From NCBI RefSeq assembly GCF_018977255.1, contig NW_024704742.1, positions 19,842,001 through 19,906,000 of the forward strand: a stretch of DNA of 64,000 bases, read 5' to 3'. This DNA is from Callorhinchus milii. Its lineage: Eukaryota. The notes beneath the pieces are model-generated. The model made no database searches. It was not told the origin of the DNA and was given only the letters and a program-made list of their open reading frames with translations. Shown here piece after piece: positions 1-12,600 of the stretch. The number at the start of each line of letters is the position of its first letter. Position 1 is the first letter of the stretch. The position numbers were made by a program, and so were the translations under genes.

Positions 1-270
1 CATCGGTGGCCGGGCATTCAGCCTCTCTGCCCCCACGCTCTGGAACTCCATCCCATGGTCCCTTCACCTCGCTTCCTCCCTTGCCTCCTTCAAGGCCGGT
101 CTCAAGAACCTTCTCTTCGATCGTGCCTTTGGTCTCCCTCCCACCACTCTGCCTTCCCTCTCCCCTACACCCCCCCTCCCCCATGCTCGGGCCCCGACAT
201 CTGACTATTCAGCGTTTGGAACGTCCTCCCAATGTGAAAGGAGCTCTATCAATGTAATTTTGTTGTTGAT
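1..270 (+). mobile_element. L2-clade LINE 3' end fragment
   Basis: End of ORF2 (IGGRAFSLSA...WNS-like), a C-rich 3' UTR, the conserved stem-loop tail and TTG repeats. Confidence 0.85.
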
Positions 271-314
271 GTTTGCAATGTTTACACTCATCAGTCTTGT
301 GCAATAAAAAACTA

Positions 315-824
315 CAGTAAACTCTGGATAGCAAGACACTTGGCTTAACTAGTCACCACCACTCAAATTGCCAAGCTGTCAATATCCTGGTAATTTCCCA
401 TGCAAAATAGGACCCGCTTTACCTGTTACTCCTCTTAACATGTAACTTGTCACATTCTAGAAATTCTTGTAAGTACTTACCATGTAAAATTGATGAGCTA
501 AACACCCGTATAAGATGGATTCTTGCATCGCAGAGGCTTTCTGCCCTATCCTTTGAGTGATGTGGAGATTAGGCGCACATGATCAGATGCAACGCAGAGG
601 TCTGGAGTCTATTGCCCTGCCTCCCAGCCTATCCTGTTACATGATAGGATGGGAGGCCATGGCAAAGCTCTCCATTAGATCAGATGCCTCTGCTGAACAC
701 CAGTCTTAGCACCCCCTTGTGGCCCAGGAGAATCTATGCCTAACTAACCATTCCAGATAACTGCTTGCTAAGCTCTTTTAATAATAATAATCCCTTGAAG
801 TGACGAGTTATCAGGAGTTTACTG
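315..824. mobile_element. pogo/Tigger-like (Tc1/mariner) non-autonomous element
   Basis: TA|CAGTAAACTC...GAGTTTACTG|TA, with ~27-bp imperfect terminal inverted repeats and a TA target duplication. Confidence 0.7.
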
Positions 825-1729
825 TATTTTGTTCATTCATTGTCTTGGAAAGGAATAGAGAATAGGAAGCAGAAGTGGGAAAGGTAAAGAGGGAAGGGGA
901 GTGGGAAAGATATGGATAGTTATGGATTTATGTTGATGTTCGAAGCTCATGTATGTTTTTGCGTAGGATTGGTGAGAAAAAATATTGTTTTCATGTTGTA
1001 ATTCATAAACTGTAGAAATATGTTTGTCTTATATTTAGAAACATTGACCTGTCTGGCGTGGAGGGCGCTGTATAAATCCAAATTGTTGTTGTTGTATTTG
1101 CATTGAGGTACATCAGTCTTCAGATTAGGGCCAGCAGAAAACCAAGACACAGAACTTGTATATGAACTCCCTTCAGACTTCCATGCAGAAGATCTTGGGA
1201 CTATTGTATGCTACTATGCACATGTACCAATCATCTTGGTTTGTACCAATTTGGTATCTTAACAACTACTGTGTGATCTCAAAATCTGCAGTGAAGTATT
1301 TTCACACACCTCATTTCTACATCAATGACATCCAATGAAATGCAAATGTCCTGGGTGTTCATTCTTTAGACAATTTAATTGTTTATATTCTAAATATTCT
1401 GCCATTTTTGGTTTTTATTAAATACGGCTCCCTCTCATTTTTGGTATAAATTCACTGCTGGAGTTAATTATCGTTTTTCAAAGTATTAGATGAAGCTGAT
1501 GTGAGTGGTGCAGAAAAAGCAACTGCCATGAAAATAACTGCTTCATAGTTGAGCAAATGTTAATGTACATTAACAACGCCTTTAGCCTATAATTAAAACT
1601 TGATGTGGTCTCCCACACAACATCACAGCATTCTAATTGTGGGAGTTTCCTGTTTATGTGCTTGAATCCAATGTCTTGTAAAAGTTTCTGACATCAGAAT
1701 GATGATGAGCATTCTGTTCATTTGGTAGG

Positions 1730-2260
1730 GGTGGGAGCGCGTGGGGAAGAGGAGGAGAGGGGCAAGCGGGGTCTGAACTGGCTTGGAACATTGGAATCAA
1801 GTTAATCCTCTGTGGCGGTCTCGGTAGGCGGTCGGGTGTGCAGTACTCCAAAGCACTGCCGATGGCAGATCAACCAGCCTGGCTGATCAGTGTGACTCAG
1901 ATACTGTCTAATCATTAAGGACAGGGATTCTTCCGATTCAGTTTTGTTAACCCTGCAAGCCAAAGCCACAATGGATAGGGTGGGCGTAGCAGGACAAGCA
2001 GTGGGAAACTTGCAAAAGAATGCCTTCAGGGGTAAGCTGGTTAAAACCCAAGCCCTGGCTCTAGTACTTACCGGAATTGGGTAAGCAGGGTGCATCCCTC
2101 CTGCAAGAGAGTCTGCATTCCTCCTGCAAGAGAGTCTGCATTCCACACATGGGAATTTCCATGTGTAGGTGGCATACATGGAACTCTCAGTCTGGTTTCA
2201 ATTCTCTTAAGCGTGATCCTGAGTTTCTACATGTGCCAGTCGCCCACTGAAGAAAGAAAA
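1730..2260 (+). repeat. Unclassified interspersed repeat family, copy 1
   Basis: Shares the core GTTAACCCTGCAAGCCAAAGCC and flanking blocks with copies near 4.4, 19.7, 20.6, 33.1 and 42.1 kb. Confidence 0.7.
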
Positions 2261-2304
2261 TTCTCTCCAGTTGGCCTCAGCAGCTGGGTGTCTGAGATAC
2301 CAAG

Positions 2305-2995
2305 CTCAGGTGTCAGTCTGACACACTCTTCACCTCCTGAGTCGAAAGATTGTGGGTTCAAGCTTCTTCATTGGTACTTTGAGGTCATGATCGAATGCAG
2401 TGTTTCTCAAATGCAATGTGATTTTGTGCAGCCACATCAGTCCCCCTGTCCATTGTGGGGATAGAGTGTGTGTGAGCAATATCAACAACAACTTGCATTT
2501 ATATAGTGCCCTTCATGCGGGGTAGTGTCCCGGAGAGCTTTCTCTGTCTCTCCCTGCTTGCTGGCTGGCTTGAGTAACATAGATTATGAAAAGACGCACT
2601 GCGGCCACTTGTAAGTATTGGTGTCCCACATTGAGGCCACCAAAAAAATGTGTTTGGGAACCACTGGTCCAGGGCTGGCTGATACTCCAATGCAGTGCTG
2701 GGGTACCCTGCATTATTGGAGGTGCAGTCCTTCAGATAGGGTGTCACACCGAGATCCTGTCTGCTTATTCAGGTGGATGTTAAAGATCTTATAGCACTAT
2801 CCTGCTCAATATTTTTTCAACTAAGTTATTCGTTTCATGGATGTATGTGACTTTGCAGTGTAAATTGGCTGCTGCATTTTGCCTACAAAATCGTCAGTCA
2901 CCACCCAACAGTATATCATGTGAAACACTTCTAGGTGTCTTCCCAATGTGAAAGGTGCCATATCATATCAAATGCAAGGATTATGGTTGTTGTTG
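2305..2995 (+). mobile_element. Old Deu-domain-type SINE interrupted by an inverted L2 tail (~2483-2535) and a hAT-like end (to 2666)
   Basis: tRNA-like B box (GTGGGTTCAAG), a SINE body with AATTGGCTGCTGCATTT, and an L2-like tail. The internal TTTGGGAACCACTG is the reverse of the hAT/Charlie-type terminus CAGTGGTTCCCAAA. Confidence 0.55.
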
Positions 2996-3149
2996 AGATT
3001 AGTAGTTGAGAATTGCAAAAATGGAGGCAGTCTGCCACCTATTGGTGAAATAAAATGACTTTTGAAAAATTAAAATAGTTTTTTGTTTTTGATTTGTTTT
3101 TGGAGTGCTTTGAATGGTGAACAGCAGATTCTTTTTTCATGACCTCTGA

Positions 3150-3782
3150 AATGTTTTAGCAAAGGTGGCAGAAAGTTTAAAGAAAGCTAACAGCATGCTG
3201 GGTTTTATATGTAGGACCATAATACAAAAGTTTTATAAATCATTGGTTAGGTCACAACTGGAATACTGTGCCAAGACTTGGGCACCACGTTCTGGGAAAG
3301 AAGTCAAGCCTAGAACGGATGTAGAAGAGATTTGTGAGAATGATTCTGAGGGTGAACGGCTACAAATATGAGAAGAGGTTGGAGAAGATGTGTCTTTTCA
3401 TTGAACCAGAGAAGGTTGAAAGAGAACTTCACAGAAATACTAAGTTATGAGAGGTATTGACAGATTACATAGGGGGAGGTTATTTCTATTGATAGGGGAA
3501 TCAGTGACGAGCCACAAGAGAGGCGAAAGAAGAACTTAGAAGGATTTTTTTTTACCTGTAGAGTTGTTGGGATGTTGAATTTCCTGCGAGTAGCGTGGTG
3601 GAGGCAGAGTCCATTGAAACTTTTAAAAGGGAAGTAGACAGACATATAAAGAAGAGGGGCTTGAAGGGGTATGGGGATGAGGCAGGGAGGTGGGATTAAA
3701 TTGATCTCTCTGCTCTTTGACCCGATACGGATTCGATAGGCCAAATGGTCCCTTTCTGCGCTGTAGATTTCTATGTTTATAT
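3150..3782 (+). mobile_element. CR1 LINE 3' fragment, decayed
   Basis: ORF 3165..3371 (KKANSMLGFI...YKSLVRSQLEYC) is CR1 ORF2 C-terminal. The 3' tail GGCCAAATGGTCC...TTTCTATG is CR1-like. Confidence 0.85.
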
Positions 3783-4384
3783 GAAGGCATATTATTCAGA
3801 ACACATTAGTTTTTAAAATATCATGGAAAAAAGCACATCGGTTTAACTGTTGGTTCCCCAGAATGTGGGGTAAGCTTAGTGTGGCACTTTGGTCCTATCT
3901 ACATATTTAAATAACCGTGTAGTAAACTGCATAATTCCTCTATATTAAATCAATAATCCATTGGAATTGATAATATTCTTTTGACATTTTGAAAAAAAGG
4001 AAACAATCAAATCATTTTGCTAAGTACATTCAATATTAAATTTATGTATATAAAATTTGTGTTCTTTGTTTAGATGAATGTCATTTAAAATATATTTTTT
4101 AGATTGCTTCAGAATCTTTCAACCTGTATGAATGAGGTGGGTATGAATCAGCTGAGAGTGAGGTTGTAGAGTATTTATAATGTAAGCCACTAGGAGGAGA
4201 TACAAGTCAGAAAATGTATGCCGGTATCTTTGCAAAGTAATACAGATGATATATAAGGGAACTTACGTATTTTTTCTCTATTTCATTCAGCTAGCTTTGA
4301 TTTCTACACAGAAATGCTGATGCTGGCTGCTGACTGTGATGAGTTTCTGTACTTGTCTTTTCCACCTGACTCATCAGCAGGACC

Positions 4385-4500
4385 TGGAAGGGCAGACCAG
4401 TCACTTGGGGCAGGGAGTCATCCTACTCAGCTCCTGTTAACCCTGCAAGCCAAAGCCCTGACAGGTAGCATGGTCCGAGCTGGACAAGCAGCAGGTCTTC
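4385..4500 (+). repeat. Unclassified interspersed repeat family, fragment
   Basis: CAGTCACTTGGGGCAGGGAGTCATCCTACTCAGCTCCTGTTAACCCTGCAAGCCAAAGCC matches the family core. Confidence 0.7.
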
Positions 4501-5754
4501 CGCATAGCTAAGAAAGAGTAAATTCTTTCCTCAACACTGTTTAGTTTAGGGCAACCCTGTTATTAAATGCTTCTCTGGAGCAAAGATCCACTTTTAATAA
4601 TGGAACCCTGTGCAGTATAGGCACGGGGTGACTGTCTTGCTTTGCATTAAAAAATAGTCAACTTGCATGTTAGGTCGTCGCTGATGTCACCTAATGCATA
4701 TTGCACACTTTGTGCAGGATCGTAATTACTGCAAAGGAAGTGAGATTTAGAGTTGCCCTGCTTTCTGCAAAGAGTATATGTACAATGTGCAGGACTTGAT
4801 GTTGGCGGTGACGTGATGGCCTGGAAGTCAGCCATTTTGTTATGCTGCCTTTTAATGTGCTGTCTGAGATGTTGGATCCACACTACAACAGGATTGTACT
4901 GTACAGTTTTCTAAAATGTATAAACATTTTTTATTCATAATATGTGGCACGCTTGTGTTGCAGGATACTTGAATCAATTCAAATCAGCCCTGAAATACCA
5001 TGCAACTCTTGGTGCTCAGATATTCCCATTTTACATGGATTCCATTTACTGTACATGTGCACTGTTGGTTCGTTCACTTACTCAGCTGGCTGGCTCTCAC
5101 GCTACATTGATAGACTCCTGGGAAATCATCATTAAAGTCACTTCCTGCCCACATACAGAGAATTGACCTGACTACATTGACAGCAACCGTATCATCTGGA
5201 ATTCAGCTATTTACAAGCCAGCCAGTTGTAAACCTTCCTAGTGAAATTGGCTATTGTGCTTTGTTATAGATTTTATGGCTGTCGATCACAGTATTACAGA
5301 AATAGTAATACGTGCATTTGACATGGCACTTTCACATAGGAGGGTATCTGAACGTGCTTCACAAGGTATACTGTAAGGTGTACATTATTATTATATATTC
5401 TGTAGGCAGCAGCCAGTTTATAGACGCCAATGTCCTACAAACATCTGGGAAGTGAATGACCAATTTTATCTGGGGAATTGTTAGACAAAATGCTAGAAGA
5501 AATTTCCTTTTCTCGAATGGTTCCATGGAACATTTAATATCCAATAGAACAGGCAGATGGGACCTCTGGTTAATGTCTCATCTGAAGGTTGGCATATCTG
5601 ACAATGCACTCCGTTGGCATGTGAGCCGAGCCCTAGACTATGAGCTCAACATCTTGACATTGATCTTCAATCTACAATCTTTTGACTCTGAGACAAGAAT
5701 ACTACCAATTGAGTCAGGCTGACACCAAATCAATGGGGCTCTACTCTATTTGTG

Positions 5755-6030
5755 TTGTCCTCCTCGTCCCCCGAGTCCTCCGCTCCACCCTCGGCGGCCT
5801 TGCCTTCAGCCACTATGCCCCGAGGCTCTGGAACTGCCTTCCTCACTCCCTTCGTCTCACTCCCTCCCTTCCCATTTTCAGGACTCTGCTGAAGACCTTT
5901 CTTTTCGACCGTGCCTTTGGTCACCTTCCTCCCCCTCCCCCTGGCTCGGTCCCGAGATCCGTTACTCTAAAGCACTCTGAGACGCCGTCCAGCGTGGAGG
6001 GTGCTATATAAATCCAAGTTGTTGTTGTCT
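5755..6030 (+). mobile_element. L2-clade LINE 3' fragment
   Basis: STLGGLAFSHYAPRLWNCLP...FRTLLKTFLF followed by a tail ending TTGTTGTTG. Confidence 0.85.
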
Positions 6031-7339
6031 TTGGAGGAAAAAGCAACAAACAAATATCTTACTGATCTTATAGTTCACTGATTTTGGTGCTGGAAATTAT
6101 TTAATTGTATAATTTGACAAGGAATGAATTGGTGCATTGCTGGTTTTTAATTGTCCTATTGTTTCCCCATTATATCAGCAGAGAATAATATTTCATAATC
6201 TGTTACCTAAGCAAGTGTTTTTGAATTCAGTTTCACCTTGTTTATATTCCATTTCGTCCACAAAATATACAATCAATTCACTTTACAGTATATTTTGTGA
6301 AGTGCTTTGAGATGTCCCGAAGATTTGATAAGGCGCTATATCAAATGCATGGATTATTATTGCTGTAGATGCTTTGACTTCTAATGGGCTTGCTATCATG
6401 ACCTAGTAATGTGGATGTTATGTTATCCTGCCTCACCACATCTTGATTTGGCTTTGAAACTATTGTATTTCATCATGTTGAATTCGTCATTTCGCTGTCT
6501 ATCTGTATAAAATCCACCTGATTTTTTTTAATAGATTTAATGAGAGTTCCTCAAAGACCTTACTTTCAAAGACTCAAATAGATTGTGGCTTTGTGGATAA
6601 ATACACCACCTCGTGTGATTGGATTCCTAGTGTGTGCTGGTTAGCTGATCTCAGTTGGTGCAGCAGCAGGGTTGCTGCATTTGGAAAAATCAAGGAATAA
6701 TGACTGTTTTAACTCATTATCCCTAGGGAGAGGCCTTCAGTTTCTAGAGTATGAAAACAGATTTTCATTTTGTCACGTGTTGAGCCAAATGGATTGCATT
6801 ATTGTAAATGGTAAAGGACAGTGACATATCTGTGAAATAGTTCTGCAGTTAGATTGAGGCTGCACATCCTCTTGCAGCTGGTAACAGACGTATTTGTCTT
6901 GCTTTTAATAGCACACTTCAGTGTTTCAGTGATGTCAACAATTATGACTGTTGGAACAATTGATCCTTTGGTTCAGTCCAGATGTTTAAGATGTTATTTT
7001 CTTAAGGAGATTTCATGTCAGGTGTTCGAAAAACCAAAGAAAAATAATCTTGCATTCATACTAGCTGTGGGATTGCTACAGATTGGCAGAAGACCAAATG
7101 GAAACCGTTGCTGTTGATACCACTACTTGCAATCCATACAGTACTATGGGTTTTACTGTCCGATTATGTCTGGAAAAAACATGATGAGGTGCTATATATC
7201 GAAGTAAGGATTGTTATAAGGCTTCACTACCATCTGAAATCTCGAGAGCTTTTTTTTTTGAAATGTCAGGAGCTTTATAGCACCATTCATACAGGGTAGT
7301 ATTTCACAGCACTGAACATTACATAGTTTTGTCAATCAG

Positions 7340-9670
7340 ATACTTCCGCTCCCTCATGGCACAGGTGCGAGTTGCCGAACGCAACTGGCTCAATTCTAAC
7401 TTTATGGTCCATTAGCAGATCTGGCTGCCGATCAAAATCTACCGCTCCGCCCTCTCCTCCGCTAAATTGTCTTTCTACTCTAAGGTAATCTTGGAGGCCA
7501 AGGACTACCCCAGGCTCCGCTTCTCCACCACCAACTGGCTCCTCGGCCAATCATGTAACTCTAACTACGAGGAGATGCTGGACTTACTTGAAACCAAAAC
7601 CGAGGGGATATGCTCAACCGACTCTGTCCAGTTGCACCTCCCATCTCCCTGTCACCCTCTGACTCCTACCTATCCTTCCCTCCACAACTTCAAACTTGCC
7701 TCCCCCTCCTCTCTCACTACCATTATGACCCATATGAAACCCACCACCTGCTCCCTTGACCCCACCCATACACCTCTCCTTACCTCCCAGCTCCACCTTC
7801 GTGCCCCCTCCCGCCCCTCCCACCCCCTCCCACCACTGTCAACCCCTCACGTGCCCCTCTACTCACAGACATCATCAACCTCTCCCTGTCCACTGGCACC
7901 GTTCCCACCCCCTTAAAAACAGTCGTCATCACCCCCATCCTCAAAATGCCTTCCCTGGACCCATCCCTGCTCTGCAATTACCGCCCCATCTTCAACTTTT
8001 CTTTCCAAGGTCCTAGAACGAGTCATTGCTTCGCTCCTTCCTCTCCCACCACTTCCTTATACAAACCCTTCCAATTGGGTTTCCGTGCTGCCCACAGCAC
8101 AGAAACAGCCTTGGTCAAAGTGACAAATGACATTTTGTCCATTTATGACCAGGTCTCCTCATCCTTCTTGACCTCTCAGCTGCATTTGACACTGTTGACC
8201 ACTCTATCCTCTTCCACCGCCTCTCACCTCAACCATCATGTTCCTGTCCTTTACTGGTTCAGATCCTACCTTTCATACCGTGTCCACTTTATCTTCACAA
8301 ATAGCTTCTCTTCCAGCCCGCACACCATCTCGTGCGGTGTTCCTCAGGGCTCTGTCCTTGGTGCTCTCTTCAACATGTACATACTACCTCTTGGTGACAT
8401 CATCTGCAAACATGGGGTCAGTTTCCACATGTATGCAGATGACACCAACTCTTATCTCTTTGCCTCCACCCTCGACTCCAGGACCACAGCTGTCCTGAGA
8501 GCATTTGTAGAGTCCTGAGGCTCAGTGGTTAGAGCACTCGCTTTGCAAGCGAAAGACCTGAGTTCAATTCCAGGCAGGACGAAACCTTGGGCAAGTTTCC
8601 TTACTCCACACAGAGCCTAATAATAATCCCTCCAAAACCAAAAACAATAATAAATTGGTCATATTCAATCTACGACTGTTTGTGGGACATTGCTGTGCGC
8701 AATTGGCTGCCGCGTTCGCCTACAAATATACAGTCAATTCACTTTACAGTGTGTTCTGTGAAGCGTTTTGGGACGTCCTCCCGATGTGAAAAGCGCTATA
8801 TCAAATGCAAGGATTATTATTATTATTATGTCTGTCAGACAACAAGCCCTGGATGAGCGCTAACTTTCTCCAGTTGAACGTCAACAAGACCCATACACTT
8901 CTGATTGGCTCCCATCAGTGCCTCCACACCTCAGGCACTGGCAACATCACCATCCATGGATGCCTAGTCCACCTTACTGAGCCAGTCCGGAACCTTGTCG
9001 GTCTTGTTTGACCCCCACATCCATGCCATGACTCGCTCTGCCTTCCCCCACCTCCGCAACATTGCCCGACTCCGCCACTGCCTCTCCCCTTGGGCCGCCG
9101 AAACACTCATCCACGCATTTATTACATCTGGACTTGACTATGCCAACTTCCTGCTTGTCAGCTTCCCGACTCTTCCCTCCACACGCTGCAGATCATCCAG
9201 AACTCTGCAGCTCGTGTCCTCTCCCACACCAGGTTCCGCGACCCTATCACTCCCATCCTCGCCTGGCTCGCCATCCCCCAGAGGATAGAGTTCAAAATCT
9301 TTGTCCTCACTTTCAAAGCCCTCCACGGCCTTGCTCCTTCCTACCTCTGTGACCTGCTAATCCCATATCAACCCGTCCTGTCCCTTCTCTGTCCAGCTCC
9401 ACATCCCCTGCCCCACCCAGCCCTCCTCACCAACCAAGGTCGGCCTCTCTACCCCCGCTGTGGAAGTTTATGGTACAGTCCCTTCACCTTGCTCCCTCCC
9501 TTGCCTCCTTCGAGGAACTTATCGGGACTCACCTCCAACCTCCAACTCACCTCCTTCGGCCACCCTCCTATCCCTTACCCTCCCTGCCCTCAACCCCTCC
9601 TGATCCCAACCCTCCTGCTGTCCAGCACCTTGGGACGTCCTAAAGGTGCTATACAAATGTAATTTGTTGT
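7340..9670 (+). mobile_element. L2-clade LINE ORF2 (reverse transcriptase) remnant, interrupted by a SINE at 8507-8828
   Basis: Frameshifted RT motifs NYRPI, GFRAAHSTETALVKVTNDI, GVPQGSVLG, HMYADDT, FLQLNVNKT and HAFITSGLDYAN, plus the 3' tail. Confidence 0.92.
8507..8828 (+). mobile_element. Young tRNA-derived SINE, full length (tRNA-Ala(TGC)-like head, Deu-type core, L2-like tail)
   Basis: A box GCTCAGTGG, anticodon-like arm TCGC-TTTGCAA-GCGA, B box GAGTTCAATTCC, core GCTGTGCGCAATTGGCTGCCGCGTT and an (ATT)n tail. Confidence 0.9.
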
Positions 9671-12600
9671 ACTTTAATATCATGCAGAAACCTAACACAA
9701 TTCCTAAGAGTATCCAAGCTAAACAGAGTTTAAAATATGTATTTGTTCCAAATACGTATTACAAATTTCCTCCCCCTCTTCTGTGACCATTACCACATCA
9801 TCTTGGTCCCAGACACACCCTTCCTCTCCCTGATCTGCCTGTTTTGTTGCATGTTCTTCCCCCGCCCTCCACCCCTTTTGTTCTGCAGTATTAACACCTC
9901 TATTCGCTGCTTTGTTGCAATCGCCGCTTTTGTTCTGTCGCACAAGGGGGGGTGAGGGGGCGGCCTGAGAGAGGTGAGAGGCATTGGATCACGTGGTGAG
10001 TAAGGGGGCGAGGAATGTTGATCACGTGGCGAGCAAAGGGGATCAGTCACCCCATGTGCCCTTACTGGCCTTGAAGTAGCATGTGCGTGTGGATCAATCG
10101 CAGGACATAAGTCCTGACCCATCACTGAATGTACACTTGCATGCTACAATGCCGAAGGACCGCATGCGCATAACAGTGAACAAGTAAGGAAGGCAAGGTT
10201 TTGACCAGTCAACATGGCATCAGGCAACATAGATACCCCAACTAAATACAAATTAAGTTTATATTCTATTAAGACAGTTCTGTTTTGAAACTTGTTTGGT
10301 TGTGCCATTCGTTGTACATGTTTTCTGTACATGAGGTACTGTGCAGTACTGTATATGGAAAGAATGGGCTACGATAGATTTAACATGCATAGGTTAAACA
10401 TGATATAGAAATCTTGTCTCAGTGTCGCCAGCCAGCTCAGCACTTGTGTATGTGTTAGTCATATAAAATCCGACTTGTATATAACTTTACATAAGTCATA
10501 TATGATATGACTTATGCAAGTTTGCCATAACTCATACTTTGCGTATGTTGTATTAAATATTCTGGTCCCAACTGATATGACTTATGTGAGTTTACTGCAT
10601 TTTTATTACTTATTTTAACATCATGCGACAGTAATTTTGAACCAGACATTTAGTACACATCATTTCACAGAGTATCACGTTAAAATGCAACAAGCTAAAA
10701 AAAGGATTTTTTATTCATCTGATTATAACCCAGATGTAGCTGGAGGCAGGTTGTTAAGTGAACATCAATGGTAATATATTGCTCAGTTAAACTTAACTGA
10801 GTAACTGCGTTAGGCTTGGGACTCATCTGTGTACTCTGAAATAATAAGCTTATGTTTTAGACCAGGCGGTTGTCATGTCATGTGCTTCTCTTAGCCTGAG
10901 TTTCAGATAACAGTTTTGAACCTGAATAAAAAGAGCTCTGTTTCCATAACAGTTCTTTTCATGTTCAGAACAGCTGCCCACAGCTTTCCGTTATGTTGGA
11001 ACTGCAGGACTCTTTATTTTTATATTTCAGTAAAGGAACTGCACTTTATTTTCATTCTCTTTCTTGACTTGTTATCGCTGGATGAAGCTCAAAAACAATA
11101 CAGGTGATTTGTATGATGGGCGTGTGGATACAGCAAGGAATAAATATGACTTTTAGTTCCTTGTGTTTTTCTTTACTAAATTACTTTCCTCCATTGTCAG
11201 TGTTGATTTGTAAGAACAAAGTTTAAAAAATATATCCTTTTGTAACAACACTATGATTTAGTTGCCAAGTGAATACAAAACTGTTTTCCTAATTTCAATA
11301 GTTTTGTACATTTGGTCCCTTAAGTTAAAAATAATTATTGAAGATCATACTTTTGTACATTTCAAAATAGTTCTTTTATAAACAATTGAGATTTAATAGA
11401 ACATCTATAAATTATGAACATAAAGAATAATGTTGTAGTTTGCAGACAAAACTACTTAGTGCCAATAGGGAAAAAATCAAAACTATTGAGGGTATAATTT
11501 TTTGAAAATTTTTTATATTCTTACCTACAAATATCTTAATTGTTTTGCCACTGAACAAATGTTATCCTGTGTTATGTTTTTGTCTCACTGTTGTACTCCA
11601 GATTGTTTAAGATTTGCTGAATTAATATAGGGGTAGTCTATCTAGCATGTGTTCAAGTAGGAATATTTAGTGTGCAAAGGGCAAGAGACGAAGGGCTATG
11701 AGATGCCTGAAACAAATGTAGTTACCAAACAAACAAACATTTCATGAGAGAAGGTAAAATGTAAGTACTTGTTTCACTCCTTTGTTCTGATTGGAGAATT
11801 CATTGAGGGGGAGGAAGATTAGGATCACAAATGTACAGTTTATTTTCTTTTTAAAGCTGGGAACGTGAGTGAAACATCTGTCATGATTGTTTTGCTGTGG
11901 CAGGTTAAGAATTAGCAAAAATATGTCCACAGCAAGGGAGTGCTCAAGTGTTAAAGCACTTATTAAACTCCTGCTGTGAGGTTACAGCCCATTAAGATTT
12001 CTTACCTTGTAGCTGATTGTTTGAGTGGAGCGATTAGTCTTCTGTCAGACTGGATAGAAATTGATTAAAATGTTGAATATTGCAGATCAAAACTTACTTG
12101 AAAACATACAAGGAGAGTCTTTTTTGCCCTTTGTACGTAAGCACATGGCATTCCTGGACTCTCTGATTTTAAATTCTCAGTACATGTGCATTAGTGTCTG
12201 AATGGTTTCATCAACTTTTGTTGTCTGTTTCAATCACAAAGGAAGGGCCATTTTCCTTCTTAGAGTGGCTTTGACAGCATTGTAAGTAGTGAAGTGCTTC
12301 CGCCTGTCAGCTCCTCCAGATGGCCCAGTTAAGGTGGTGACCTCAATATATGGAGAATAATGAAAAAGAGCCCATGACATGCCACTCTGCTGCCTTTTAC
12401 AGAAGTGATGGTTGCATAGCTTTTAGTTAGAAGTGTTTATTTCAAGTAATAGTTTATTGAAAAAGATGGGAAATGTATAAGCATCAGAGGAAGGAAGCTC
12501 AATAAATGGAAAAGATTTCATAGGTTTTATCGATAGGGGCATAGAATACAAAACCAAAGAGGTAATCCTGAATGTATATTAAGATACAATGAAAATTCAA

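Noticed and set aside
4350..4385. Minus-strand CTGATGA...GAAA hammerhead-like spacing
   Set aside because: There is no stem II pairing and no suitable NUH with stem I.
7467..9352. Cluster of Pro/Ser-rich and Gly-rich ORFs as host genes
   Set aside because: They are alternative frames and antisense readings of C-rich L2 sequence. The same applies at 13.5-15, 43.4-44.8, 53.6-54.5 and 62 kb.
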